Shown here piece after piece: positions 36,501 to 51,500 of a DNA stretch of 64,000 nt; the stretch's first letter is position 1; each line of letters opens with the position of its first letter. Both the position numbers and the translations under genes were made by a program. The notes beneath the pieces are model-generated. The model was not told the origin of the DNA. It did not search any database and saw nothing but the letters and a program-made list of their open reading frames with translations. This DNA is from Rhizaria sp. SCN 62-66 (Eukaryota): positions 1 through 64,000 of the forward strand of contig MEDY01000077.1 of NCBI GenBank assembly GCA_001724265.1, in the 5' to 3' direction.

Positions 36501-39500
36501 CTTCGGGCGCGACTCGAACGTCACGCGGCTGAACGAGCTCACGGTATTGCTGTGCCGCCTTCAAGCGCACCGCATTGTGATTGGGAGGAACGTAGCGAGG
36601 TTTCTATACACCCCATCGTTTGCAGTTGACGTTATCTCGAGTGTAACTACAATGTGCTTGCGGTCGTCCAGCATTAGCGGTGTTGCTGCTGGCACTTGGC
36701 GTGACCGTGCAGCCTCAGCGTTAGCGGCCGCGATGGCGACTGCAGCTGCCGACACAGTTGCATACCGCAAGGACGACATTACTGTTGCTAGCATGAACGC
36801 CAACGGCAACGCTACCACTCACACAAACCCCCTGAGCACAACAGTGAACACAAACCACGCGAACCTCGATGACCTTTCATCATCGGGTGTTCCAAGCGTG
36901 TTCTCAGCTGCTGGTGCGTACGGCAGTCCTGACGGTGGCGGCTTGACCTTTACGCAGATCGTCAACTCGACCGGTCTTTGCATGCATGAGCTCGTCTTAG
37001 CTGAAGTCGTTCAATCAAAGCGCCGTGTTGTGTGCCGGTATATTGCATCACTGCCTCACGACGTCGCATGTGCAATCCTAGACGCGTGTGTGCGTATAAC
37101 GACGGGCACAGGAACCAAGGAGCACGCGCGCATGCCGGACGGCAGCCTAGTTCCGCCACTTGAGAACAACTGGGGTTTTATCCCAGGACCGCACAATCGT
37201 GGCCGGTTTAAGATCATCGACACCACCGATAACCCTGAAGTCCAAGGCCTCGCGCCAGCGCCTGCAGAGACCGATGCACAAGCAGCCGAGCAAGGGCAGC
37301 AAAGACTCGTGAGCAAGGAGAGCGCGTCCTTGGTGCTTGACAGACAACGGTGGCAGCGCCAGTGGCGGGTGCCCGAAGGCGCAACGCCGAGAGCAAAGCC
37401 TGGCCAGACCGAGTCGACTGCGACTCGCTTTTTTGTGTCTCAGTCTGGTAGCAGCGGCAGTAGCGTTGAGAGCGCTGTAGCGCCGGTTGTCGCGATTGCG
37501 GGGCCCACAGCTCCAAAGGTGAACATTGCTGGCGCCGTGGCTGCAGCGGCGCTTCACCAGCCTCTGCTGACTGTGCGGCCTAGCAGGGTTGAAGATGCCG
37601 CGACGCAATATGGTATTGCAACCCCGTGCTATCATGCGCCCATGCAGATCAAAGCTGGTGACCACAAAATCAAAGGCAAACGCAAGAGTAAGCGCAAGGA
37701 CAAATCTAAGGACAAGGGCAAAGATCTGACTGAGACTGCGACTGACAGTAAGCGTGGCTCTGCCGGAGCTGAAGCTAGGCCGTCAATGCCAGCGCCAGAC
37801 TTGGCAGCAGCACGCTCGCAGTCACTCCACCAGCAACTCTCACCTGCGTTTCTGAGCTCTATGTTTGAAGTCAAGCCGCTACTTTCGTGCCGGCAGCCAT
37901 CGTTCGAGACGCCACACTGGCGCTTTAGTCGTGACGGCAAGACGATGCAGTCGTCATCATCACTACAGCCACCATCTTTAATGGCGCATGGCACAGCGAG
38001 CGCTGCCACGGCGACTGGTGTTATTGCGCTAAGCAGCCGTGGCTCTTTAACCGGGAGTACGAGGAGGTTTTTTGCAGATGATCTTAACACTCCGCGGATG
38101 GGGGCGGCCGCTGCAACGACAAAGAGTGCCTTCAAACTGGTTTCTAAACATGCAGCTAGCGCGGTTCCTCCTGATCAGCAGCCAAGAAGTGACCAAATCC
38201 TCATGGATGCTTCCAGCAATGGCAGATCAATTGCGAAGGCTGGTGCGAATGCACCGGCCGATGACAGCGGTATTGTTATGCTGAGCCCGAGTGCAATTGA
38301 CAATGAGAGCCGGACACCGTCGCCACTTGATCTCGCGCACAGCCATGCACAGTAGCCGGCGCAATCAAGTCTGACTGAGCATGTGCATGCTGCCACTATG
38401 TCCGAGGTGGAATCAGGCTCAGATTACGAGGACGGAATCATCGAAGAAGAGGAGGAAGAAGACGAAGACGCAGACGAAAGCCATGCCCGCGAACTTCACC
38501 GTGGCTATAGTTTCTCGTTTCCGCAAGAGTCATCGAAGCCGCAGCAGCACGACCTGGTTGATTCGACAACAGCCAGTCGCGGCGCACTGTCCAGCCCTGA
38601 TCAGGAGAAACTGACCCCGTTTGGTATGGGCATTGACGACTGTTGCGATCCGTATGACCCGTTCTTCGATCCCGAAGACGGCGAAGACTCTGAGGACGAG
38701 AGCTTTGCGTCGCTGTACATGCACCCCAACATTCACGACACGACTCACCACGGAATTGCGACGTATCTAGGCCTTGGTATGCCTAAGAATGCTGATAGCA
38801 GCGGCTCTCGCAGCTCTGCTCCAAAGGCACATTGTCCGACGCTGCGGCCTCCAGACATCCCAGTCGCACGTGGCGGCGCTTCGACCCTTGAGATCAACCT
38901 CCAGACCGGTGAGCTGACAGTGAAGGTCCGCCACATCAAGGCTCTCCCGCCCGCGTACCATGCCACCGCGCGCGCCTTGTTCGGCACGGCAGAGCTGCAG
39001 TGTGCCACTCTGTCGTCTGCGCAACACCGCGAACTGCTTCACCTTGTCGGCAGGCATCATTTTGCGGCGAAGTGGACCCCGGACCCCACAGTGTGCCCGC
39101 ACACATGTCTCCGACCGTACTCACGCAGCGCGCTGACTGCCGCGGAAGAGTGGCTAGAGCCAGTATTGGATCCAGTGATTAACGCACGTGGTTCTGCGTT
39201 TTCTGACTTGCGCGAGTACGTTCTCATGATGCCGACCGAGACTCTCTCGCCCACAGCGAATGTCGCGAAGCTAGAGCTGCTGCATCCCTCGAAGGGGCTT
39301 TGGAAGGAGATTTACGCGATCAAGGACCGCAGCACAGTCCATGTATACGACGTATTCTCGCATGGCCGTCGTCGCCACAGGCGGCTCACCTTTTGCACGG
39401 ATAACCGCCTGAGTCTGCGCGACATGGACGCGTCAACAGCGAGCCGCGATGAGCCGTGGGCTGACTGGGAGCGCCATTCTGCCGGTGACCCATCTGCGAC

Positions 39501-42500
39501 GCTAAACAATACGGTCACGATCACATATGTTCGCGACCACAAGTTGCGGACGAACTTTAGCGGGACGTATGAGCGCCACGTGGAGCCTGAGGCATTACAG
39601 GGCGTCTTACCTGCAGCGCTTGTTGACGCATATGTGTTTTGGCAAGATGAGCATGACACGATCCGCGGCTATCCCGTCACAATCACGCATCCGTTGACGT
39701 ATCTGTACATCCGCATTTTGCCTGCGCACAGTGCGGCGAGCAACAAGGTTTCCGGGGGCATTGGAGCCGGCGCCATCGTTGCGCGCCGCATCATGACTCC
39801 GGCGCAGACGCGGGCATTCACGCGCACAGCTGATGCGGAGGCCAAGGCTGCGGCCGCAGCGGCCACAGCTGCGGCCGCAGCTGCGGCGACTGCTCTTGCA
39901 GCATGTAGGAAGGATGGCAAGAGCAAAAGTAAGAGCGGCTCTGCCTCTGCGAGTGATAACAAACCTCCAGCCGCAGCCACTGCGACGACTGCTGAGACTG
40001 CGATTAATGTCGTTTTAGCTCCTGCAGCAACCGCTGAGGAGACAACTGAGTCCTCGAGCACTGACGACGAAAGCGAAGACAGTGAACCCGGTGCGTACCC
40101 GCGTGGTAACACGCGGCGTCGTTCTAACTCGCGTGTTCGGGCACGGTCGCGCTCACGCGCGCGCTCACATGCCGGCCGCAACGTTTCTCAGGGCCCGTCG
40201 CAGCCCGCAACAGCTCCGCCGGGCCACACCGCGGCTGCTGTGCAACAACAGCAGCAGCAGTTAGGTGATACTGGTGATGCTGTAGATGTTGATCTTGACA
40301 GCACTCTTGATGAAGGCGTGTCCTATTCTAACGAGGTTTTCTTGGTTAACTCTCTGTACGCTCCTCGCAATAGTTTTCTGTACAGTCTCGTGAGTGTGTT
40401 GACAAGGATTGAGCGTATGGGATACATCCTCGTTTGGACACGCACGCGTCCTCCGGAGCTCGACACTTACTTTAGCGACAACGACAACAATCACGCGGAC
40501 GACGCTGCTGGCAAAGGCGCTCACTCAGACGCGAGTGCAAGTGTGAACACAGCTGGGAAGACAGAGCCCACGACTCCGTCGATTGATCACATTGCTTTGC
40601 CGCGCCTGCAGCTATCGTTTAGTGCGCGCCGCAACCATCACGGTGAGCTGCGGCTATACTGCCGCGAGCATCCCGAATTCTTCATCTCCAACTTCCGTTC
40701 CGAAGGATTGTATCAACTGCTTCGCGGCATCCCACACTCGCTGCTGCTCTCGACCAACCACCACAGCTACCACTTGCTTGTCCCTCTAGTCCGGCTGTAC
40801 CGGCCGCAGATCGCATGCTGTCCATTTTCGACGGAGCTAGTGCTCTCATATGCGCGCACAGATAGCTTTTTTGGCTCACAGACGCGGTTTGTGATGTATC
40901 CTGTGCATACGACTCTGAGCTTCCTCTTCACACCAACGTTAGCATCCGGCTTATATCTACTGGCCTTGCGCCTATTCCACCGTCGTCTAGATGAGGCTGT
41001 TGCGTTGATTGCATCAACAGCAACCGATGAGCGTCTGCGCAGTGATGAGCGCGCAATTTTTGCGATGTTAGGCGAGATTAGCAACGATCACCACCCTGAC
41101 ACACACGCGTGCCGTCTGCTTCTTTCGATTGCCACGATGGACTCGGACATTAAGTGGCCCTGGTCGCTGTCGACAGAGTATCACCATTACGTTAAAAAGC
41201 TGCAGCACGTCTCCGCTGTGTGCCGCCTTACGACTAGCGCAGAGTTGCTCATTGGCGAGCGAGTAACGGCAGTGCCGACGATCACACGCGCTGGCGACAT
41301 TGCGAACGCATCCGTGAACACCGGCAATGACGCGCCATTGATGGTTCTACGCAATCTTGCTACTCAACTATACTTGCGCTCAGTCAAGGAGCCTCTGGCT
41401 TCGTGTAGGAGAAAGTACGACGCCAACTGCGGCCTAACTTTCGAGGTGTTGCGTCACCGGTCGAGTGACAACGATCCTGATCCTGAGATTGTTGCGATCA
41501 AGTCGCCGTTCAATGAGTACCTCGCACTGCCAAAGCTCTACGGGTATTTACATGAAGACGCCGGAGCGTACACCGTTGAAAACGCGACCAACAATCTTAA
41601 AGACGATGAGTCTGACAGTGACGATGATGAGAGCGACGCCCAGTTTGCGACACTGTTTCTCACTGGGGCCTTCACTGATAACTTTGAAGCGCGGAATCAA
41701 AAGATCAGGAAAAGCCAGACGACGAAGCCATGGCAGGATGAGAGCGTTGATGTCACCGATTACAACGCGTCTCTTAGTGAAGAAGGGCGCTTTGAGTGGA
41801 TTAATCCCCTTGGAGGCACGATTCCTGATCGCTGCCGCTTTTTGCTTCACCACATTGGTAGTGACAGCAATGGCTACCCTGTTGTTGCACTGCAAGGTCT
41901 CCGCAATGATGGCAGTGGTCATAGCAGGCCGAGCTATCTTGCTTTCACTCGCAGGCGGCTTGATTTAACCGCAGCGCGCGCCAGCCAGCCCAGTGCATCC
42001 GCTGCATCTGCTCCTGCTTCAGGTGGCGGCAGCAACAATAACGATGGCGATAATAGTTCCGACTACAGCGGGAGTTACAACGCTGCTGTTACTGCGCGTG
42101 AGTCGGACGAAGCATTGGTTGTGATCTCGCACAAGCTTGACAACTCCGCGCTGTTTCTGTTTGCGCCTCGCTCCTACGTTGTGCCACCTCCGGCAATTGT
42201 ACGCAACCGCTTCGCGTATCTCAAGGCTGTTTGCAGCGGACAAAGCAGTGTTGCAGTTGTCTATGACAGTTGCCCGACGCTGGAGCTTGCCAAAGACGAG
42301 ATCTTTACGGGCGACGTAATCAGCAAAGGCGCGTGGATTGCTGGAGTTCATTGTGCCGCCACTGCGACCGGGGACACCGAAGCACTTGCGGATCGCAGGT
42401 TTAAGAGTATAAGCAGCAAAACGGGCATCTACGCGCCCAAGGCGTCTTGTGAGCGGGAAGCGGCTATGGAATCTCCCGAGTGGTACCTGCGCCCCGACAC

Positions 42501-45500
42501 ACTCACGATCTCGCGAAACAACAACCTCATTGTGAACACCAGCACCGGACCTGTCATCAACACTGACACTGACTCTGATACGCGAGCCAAACATTCTGGC
42601 ATAACGGTGTGTAGTCCATCAAGTGTACGTGCTGTTCCTGAGACGCCGACGCTTCCGCTGGGTGAGTTCCTCGGACCGACTCCGTTACACTCCCCGCTAG
42701 AGAGGCATCCCGAGCAGCAAGAAGACGTGCGTACTATTGCTGGCTTTTACTCAGAGTCGATGTCTGACTCTGTCGTTGAGTCTCTAGCGAGTTCAAGGTC
42801 TGTCACCTCTGACACAGACGCAAGATCTGAGATTGACGCTGACTCAGACTCAGTCGCCGAATCGGACACCACTGTCGCGAGTTATACGTCGAGCATTGTC
42901 GGCTTGCATGCGTCCGCAGTCGCCAATCCAGCTTTCCAGCGCGGCCTAACTTCCCTCGTCCCGCCACTCTCTCGCGCTCGGCTCAGTCGGCTTCCGCGCC
43001 CGTCGTGGCCGGCGTATGCTGACGGCACGTTTCTCACTGCGTCCGCTGCTGTATTAAAGCGACTGACTCTGAAGCCCACGCTGGCAAGTGCATTCAGGCA
43101 AGGTGAAGCTGTGACTGAATACTTGCTCCAGAGCCGGTTCCACACGGCGAGTCTGGCGAACAGGTTTCAAACCGATGCGGGCTACGGATTCCTGTCCTTG
43201 TACGACATGTTGAGGGGTGCGACCAAGCAAAGCGTGACTGACCGCAACAACACGCGCACTGTCGCGCTGTTAGTGATGCTTGAACTACCGTTAATGTACG
43301 CACAGGGCCCGTTGGAGTCACTGTTGCATATCATTGCAGTCAACCCCCAGATTGGACCCTTGTTGCCACAGTACGACCCAGAGGCCGGTGACTTAGGTCT
43401 TGGGGATATCAACACAAGTGAAGTTGGAACTTCTGATACAAAGGCTACATTACCAGCGCCAAATGTCACAACAGCGACAAGTGCGGCGCCGGCAGCATCA
43501 GTTCCCGAGACGAGTGCGACTCGACATGGACGCTCCCGGTCACCAGTTCACATTGGCTCTCGAGGAAGCCCGCTATCGCAGCCACAGCCTCGGCAATCGT
43601 CAACACACACTCGTCACACACAAGGCATTGGTGCTGTTGCAATCAATCCACAAGACGCGTTCACGCGTCCTGCGCCGCCTGGCACGTTTCCCGTTGTTTC
43701 TGGTTCCAACACACTAGCTCCGCCGACACGCGGTGCGCAAGGCCTGCGTCAGCGCCCCACGCCGCTGGTCATATCTCCATACGGTGGTGCAACTAAGGGG
43801 GCAAAGAGCGTGACGGCAGCAGCAACTCCCGCATCAGTCGGAAAGCCCGTCCACGCACGAAGTGCGACGGTCGCACCAACGCCGTCACGGCTGACGTACC
43901 CTGTGATCACTGCCACTGGTGTGGGCGACGTGACCGCCGGACTCGGCGACCATCGCGTGCTTTCAGTCATTCCTATTACGCACAACACAGCGCGCGCATC
44001 CCCACCCGTGTCGTACACGTACAGCTTTTTCCGTGCGATCCGCGCCGTTCTGATCGCGGAGCACCGGCGGGGCGGGCTGATGTGGCCTCGTTCCTGGGAC
44101 CAGACGCCGCGCTGGCCGCAGCCGCCGACGTCGGTGCTTGTGGGGTGGGCGCGTGGCGCGCTTGATGTTACTGCAACTGATGCATTAACACCCACAGAGC
44201 CCACAGCAGCGGCAGCTGCAGCTGCAGCAGTGGTCCAGGTCGGAGCCCCGGAGGCGCTGGTAGCAACAGCAGCCGCTGAAAAGCTTGTTGGTGAAGAAGC
44301 ATCTAGGCCTGCGGGCTCGGGTTTACTGCGAGTGCGGCCATCATTCAAGCGCAGAGGCACGTATCTTGCGTGTACTTGTAAGGGCCTGACAAAGCCCGCA
44401 GGTAACGGACTACGGTACGCGGTTGCGGTAAGCTCTGCACCGTTTCAAAGCGCGCTGCCTGCTGTTGACGCAACCACGTTGGCCGAAGACACTGTTAAAC
44501 AGACGGTTGGCTCTAAGGCCACGGGTAGCTCGAAGTTGAAAGGGCTGTTGATCGACCAACGCTCAGTAGCAGCTTCTGATCTTAGCTTACCTGCAAGTCT
44601 CGGTGCATTGCAAGCGCAGCAGCAGCAACAGGCACAGCAGCTGCAGGAGCCACAGCAACAAGAACAGCAACAGTCACCGCAGAGCATGTTAGAAACGGCA
44701 ATGCCGTTGTTGCAACCGCAGCACTCCGCACCGATGACGCCTCCACCGGGGTCTCAGACGCCGAACACAGCAGCTGTCGCTCCTCTCAGCGGCGGCTCTG
44801 GTGATAGCAGTGGTTCGCAATCGCCTGCGTTGTCATTGCAGCGATCGCGCTCCATCACAATTGCAGAACTTGCGACGATTAACAAATCGCCGTTGCCAGA
44901 TGAGTATGATGCAACTGGCGATCCGCTAGCCCCCATCGCGACAATATGCACAAGCACTGTGACGCCGTCACCTGATGTGCCCGGTCGTCATTCTGGTCTA
45001 CATCCCGCAGTTGTCACTGCGGCGCCAGCTCCCAGCATTAACATCGACGCTGCTTTCAAACACAGCGCTGCAGCAGCGGGCGCACCTGCCGCCCAGAGCG
45101 ATATCAAGGGCGAGTTTGGCTCGGTCGCGGCGACCAGCGGTGGGAGCAGCGGCGGCAGCAGGGCGCTGTGGGTGAACCGCACCACGCGCTCTGCCATTCG
45201 CCCCGTGCAATCTCTCGTCAATCTCGTCGAGCTCACAGTAACCAAAGGTGACCGCCGTGGCCGCACGCCTAAGCACGTTGGGACGATTGACTGGGGTCAG
45301 CAATCGGGCGACGGCGATGTTGAGAGCACGCCCAGCGACGGCAGTGAGGGTGAGAGTGAAAGCGAGAGTGGCCGTCAGCGTGCACGTGAAGGTGAAGGCG
45401 AGTGTGCCTACTGCGCTCTTCGTCGGGAGCGTGCTCGTCAACGCCACGCCAAGCGCGCCAGTCTTAGCGTTGGTGATCTCTCCGCAGGCGCCGTCACAAC

Positions 45501-48500
45501 GCACCCAGACTCCGTCTCTGAGTCTACTACGAGCACCGATATTGACGCCAGCGCTGACGTCAGTAGCGGCGCAGACCGTGTTGTGACCCCTGTCCCTGCA
45601 AGCAGTGAAGAAACTCCGCGAGCTGCTGGCTCTCACGTTCGCAGCCACGCCAGCAGTAGTAGCAGTGTGAGCCACGGCCATGCTGAAAAGATTGCCGCCA
45701 CAGTGTCGCAGCGCCAGTCCATCTCAGACCTGCTCATCACTGCGCAGTATTGCGACATTCTTGCCCCAATGGGGTCCGACACGAGCTGCAGGCAGCGTTT
45801 GTACCCGCTGCCCTCGTGTTGGCCACAGTGGCCACCTGCGCCTCCGGTGGCGTCGCCGGCGAGCACGTCAGGAGGCACTAAGATCGGATCGGGTCGGCCG
45901 ACTGTGAGCAAGTATAACACGCTGTACTCGCGCTCTAGAGACTTGTTTCCAATGGAGTCAGCAGGGAATAGCGACGCCGCTGCTGGCACGTTTACTGCAG
46001 AGCTTAGTACGCACTTGGACTGCTCCCACGGCCCACACGTTCTGAGTCAAGTGATCGACTCGCAGTATCAGACTGACGACCCGAATAGAGTCTCGCTGCG
46101 AATGCCTCACCACTGTCACGGTGCGCTCACCACCACGGGGCTGATTGTGCTGGGCAGTGCGCCTGTAACTGACGACGACGCACGCGCTCTCGTGACAACG
46201 CCGTTATCCGTGCTGAACTTGGAAACACTCGTCGAAACGATGGTGCCTTTTAACTGTAGTCATCATGTGAAGCATGTCGAATCCACAATTGATCCAAGTC
46301 ATTCGTATGTTGTTCATGCAAATGTTACGAAGGCCGATAGCGAGTCTGACAGAGAAAGCACGAACGACGAGAGTGCTTTTGTGTCGCCACTTACCAGCGA
46401 CCTCAGCGACCCAAGTAGTGATGAGAGGAGTCTCACATCTATTAAGGTGATGAAGCACCAAAGTGGAAGGTAGTTCATCCTCAAGGCTGGGTCTTGCGGT
46501 GTTCACTTCAGCACACACATTGCGCCTCATATCTCGCGTTTTCTTGCGCGCATCCTCGCGCACCCAGTCTCCAAGTACCCTATGTCGCGCGCACTAGTGC
46601 AGTTCTGGGCATCTGACTCGGCGGCGCTAAACGCGACGACACCATCTGCATTTGCACACCTCAGGAGTGCGCATGCGTCTGCCTCACAGTCACAGGGTCG
46701 GGCATTATTAGCCAAGAAGACAGCAACGTCAACAGTCCCTCTGAAGCTTGGCTCTCCTGTTGATGCAAATGCCACGACTGCCGGCCCCAAGGTGGGCGTG
46801 AACGTTGGAACTCACTGCCCCTCGATTGGTGCTGACAAAGAGGGTGACGCAAGTGGCGGTCTCTTTGGGGGCTCGAGTTTCATCAAGGGATTCAGTAAGC
46901 GTGAAGTGACTGAGCTCGCAACCGCGATGGTCATTCGCTCAGCTCATCTTCAAATCCAGCAGGTGCATGCCAAGTCACAATCGCGAACGCAACAGAAGCA
47001 CGTCGGCAAACTAGAGCAAGAGAAGAAACAGAACTGCCTCCGCGGTTTAGAGCTAGCAGCGCAGAGCAAGTACCGCCGCGCGTTCATTGCTCTCGCGCAG
47101 CGATACCTGTTTCTAGATGCACTCATTACGCGTTTGGAGGTTGTGCGCCGCGCGGACCGTGACTTTGTCGCTCGTGGTATGCGCTATGTGTGCCAGGTCA
47201 TTAACGCTGTGCCGATGGAGGGTGTCACGCCGCCAACGGAGAGTGAGATTGATGAAGACATCACCGCCAATCTTGCGAATTTGTCGACGGCATATGCCAA
47301 GAATACGGATCAGAGCGGCGCTGAGACCCTCGCGCAGTCTGACCTTGCTTACATGAGTAGCGGCGCAAGTGCGAGCAGTGCGACTGACAGCAGCAAGCTT
47401 GTTAGCGACGGTGAGCAAGAGAACACGGAGACGTGCCGTGTGAACCGCCGCGACCGTATGACGGCGGACCGCGTTCCCGACACGTTCTCCAATCTTGAGC
47501 GTCTTTGTTACTGCTTGCAGCGTGCCGGTGGTCTCGAGACTAGCCTATCGTTTACGCAGATTGTCAGTCTCTTTCTCTCCGTCGACGTCGTTGCAGAAAT
47601 CCAGCGCATCAACCCATTTGCAACACTCGAAAGTGTTCAACATGTGGTGCTGGTGACGCAGCTTGTGATGCTTAAGACAAACCGCATAGGGCAGGTGCAC
47701 CGCTGTATTGCCGAGATCAAACGCATTTTCACGCTCTTTCACGCATTGTGCCCGAGCATGTTTGTGGAAATGCTGCGTGCAGTGCACACAAACACGCTGC
47801 CAGCAGAAGCGTTTTCTGTTACTACAACCAACGTGAGCAGTAGTAGTCCTGCGGCTGATACTGCAGCCACACCGTCCGACTCTAGAAAGACTACTGCTGC
47901 CGAGACTTGTGGCGCTGCGAAGACGGATGGAGAGCTGGCGGGTAGCAAGGTAACTGAGACAGAGGCTGAGGCTGGTTTACGTACACCGTTGACGGTGTCC
48001 CCAGTGACTACGAACAGCACTGGCACTCTGTCTAGTAACGCCGTCGTTGCGAGCCCGCCCCAGGTGTTCCCGTTTGCCCCGAGTCCGCCGTTATCGACGC
48101 CGCGGTCGCGCCACGCGTTCATGTTTCCTCCGAACGAGAGCACCAATAGTGCGAACGCATCAGCGCCTGTGCTCGGAGCGTTAAGTGTTGAGGACGCAAT
48201 GCTGACTGGTTTGCCACCGAGGCCGCCGCAAGCATCTGTGCCTCGTTCTCGTATCACAACTGGGGCGCCGTTAGCTTCAAGGCAGCAGAATCAACAACAA
48301 CAGCCTCAACAACAGCAGCAGCAGCCGTAGCAGCCGCAAGCTCAGCCGACGGCAACTGAGAGTTCTGAGCAAGACGATGAGCAGCTCCACAAACAGCAGC
48401 TGCAACAGCAACAGCAAGTCACGTTGATGCTGTCGTCAGAGGCGACGGTCATCTTACTCAGTGCTATCGCCGATCTTTATCAGGCTAGTGGTCGCATTGC

Positions 48501-51500
48501 TGCTGCACTAACTGAGACAAAGGCGTACTTCAAGCCTGTTGACCCAAGCGACAGCCAGGTTCGAGTGAAGCCGTTTGCTCCAGATACCAAGTTGCACAAG
48601 CATGGATCTGCGTTATCAAGCTCGAGCTTAAGCTCGGGCAGCGGACTTGCATCGCAGACGGCCGAGGAGAGTAAGCGTCCCTGTGAGTGGGTGTTTGATC
48701 CTGCCTACTTAGTATTTGAGTACATGCGCAACATCTCGCTCCGTGACGCTCAAGTATCATGCGTTGATAACTTTCTGTTGACGCGCGACGACAAGACAAC
48801 GGTTCCATCAGGCCTGGCACTTAAGTCCCCGCTCTATACGAACCCTCGGAACGCGAAATCCAGCTCGTGCAGTCACGTGAACTCTCTTATGTCGAGTGCG
48901 GGCGAAATTCAAAACTCAATGAGTGATTCTGCAACTACTTCGACAGACTTGAGCACCTCATTGATTGTTGACCGTGGTGTCAATCCCCGCTGGGCGGCAA
49001 AGTGCCCGATTGTTTTTCCGCCGGCCCTAGCCGCTGCTGCGCTATCGCTGTCGTCATCGACGCCACGATCGCAAATACGGCAGCTAATCATGGGTCAAGG
49101 CAAGACCACGATCATCAGCCCGCTCCTTGCGATCCGCCTGAGCGACGGTGCACGCCTATGCGTTGTAATGACACCTCCGGCGCTGCTGCCGCACACGCGC
49201 GAAGTGCTGCGTGTTGCCTTCGGCAATATTCTCGGCAAGCGCACAGTTGCGTTCGACTGCTCGCGCCGCGAAGTCATGCGGCCGGAGACGTTAAGGAAGC
49301 TTGAGATTGCGCGGGTGGCGCGCTCAGTCGTGATCACAACGCCGAGCGACGTTAAGTCCCTGATGCTGAAGCTGATCGACATCGCAGTCCAGCTTGTTGA
49401 GTACCTGCGTAACCAAGAGATTGCTGTTATCGTTGCGACTGGTCAGATGCCGTCTCTGGCGACCGGCTCGTTCGGACACCTTGGAGTGCAAGTCGCGAGT
49501 GATAAGTACGCGCATGTTGCAACGGCGCTCCAACACGCGACAACGAGAAAGAGGTCTGGGGCTGCTGAGACACAGACAGCTCAGTCGCAGATGCAACCGC
49601 AGTTGCATGCCCCGCTTGCGCAACGTGGTCTGCGGACTGTCAGCACGGGACTTAGAGACATCGAGGAGCACGGCGAGTATAGCCCGAGCACCATCAACTC
49701 GGCCGCTGCTGAGACTGGCAGCGTCGTGCGCCCGATGCACGAGGAAGAAGAGGAAGACGGTGTTGTTGCGACCGGTGAGTGTCTTAGTCCAGGACATTTT
49801 TCCTCAACATCAGCGCCGCATGCAACAGGTTTCGGGACCGGGAGCACTCCTAACAACTACACTACTCTCACTCAGGCAGGGACGTACAGCAACATGGCTC
49901 CGTACGCGAGCAACGCCGATAGCGAAGGCGTTGCGGCAATCGCAAATACGGCTGCTGCTGTTGTCAACGCTTCGACTGCAACCACTGATCCGACCGATGC
50001 GACGAGTCGTGCTCCGAGCCCCAGAACGGTTGCTCGCTCAGCTGCGGCGACTTTGGCGGCTGCGGCGGCGGCGGCCAAGTGGCGCAAACGCGGTGGTGAG
50101 ACTGTGGCCGCCGATGACGACGGCATTGAAGTTGTGACTTCTGTGGTCAACCCCAACTACACCTTCGATAACTTAGACACTAACGTCAAGGTCGACACGG
50201 CGGCAACACCTAAGAAGCCAGAAAGGGAAGTCGTCGTCCAGACAACCGAGATCACTAGCCCTGGCTGGAAGAACGTGTTCCCTCCTCTTCCGCGCTCTCT
50301 CGAGCCCCTGTACACCGAGGCAACCACTATTGCGCGCGTCTTATCTCTTTTCAAGCACAGTACACTCATCATGGACGAGGTTGATCTTCTGCTTCACCCA
50401 CTCAAGTCAGAACTCAACTTCCCTCTTGGCAGCGCGAATGCGATTGAGGCAGCGCCGCACCGGTGGTCTTTGCCGGCTCACCTCATCGACGCAGTGTTTT
50501 TTACCTCAGTCGGCAGACTGCCGCTCTCATTCCGCCAGTCCTCGCGCGCAGCTGCAGTACAAACTGCGATCAAGGCGGAGGCCGAGGCAGGCGTGAAGCA
50601 GATGGTGCTGCAGTCCTCCCCGCACCTCGTCCTCTTAGACGTCGCTTACTATCACGCGAAGCTGAAGCCCCTGTTCGTTGAGTGGCTGATCTTGTACTTG
50701 GAGCGCGCGGGGATCCCGTTAGATTTATTCTCCGTGAATGACATGACAGCGTTGTTTATGCAAGGCTGCAAGTTTGCGCGGTCAGAGTGTGCGTACACGT
50801 GTGTTCATTCGTTCTCTGGGTTCAGCTCTGTTGTTGCTGATAGCATTGACGCTGCAAGCACAGTGGCCCCTGTGTCAAGCGCCGTAGGCGTAGCGAGTGC
50901 CCCACAGCAACAAACGGAGCAGTTGCAGCGATTGCAGCAGCAGAACACTGTACAGCAGCAGCTGCATCGTCCAACGTACTTGCGTGCACACACTGTGCCC
51001 ACGGCTTCTGGTCCAGTTTCCCCTCAGCCTGAGACGCGGACTGCGTCTGTGGCGGCGAGCGACGGGGAAAGCGGCCACTCGCCGCGGTCCGAGAATGCCG
51101 CTGTTTCTGACGTGAGCATGACCAGTGATCGTGACAACAACGATAACGAGAACAATAACGACGCGAACAATGCGATTGCGGGTGTTGCAGCAAATGTTTG
51201 CGAGAGTGAGGACTCAGAGTCGCGAACCCGGCCCAGCACGGAAAGCTCTGATAGCTCGGTGAGTACTGACGCGGAACAGCAAAGGCAACTTGACCACGGG
51301 GGTGGTCTATGTGCGGTGTGCTCCGTGGTGCTAACACAACTTAGGTGCCGCAACCTCGCTCCGCAGACATCTCACGCGAATAACGGTGCCAATGGCGGCA
51401 GCAAGAGCACCGGCAACAGCAATGAAAGTTGCGGCAAGAACCCAAGCGCATGCCTTTCAAGACGGCTCAACCTAACCGCGCACCGACTTGCATTGGTCCC

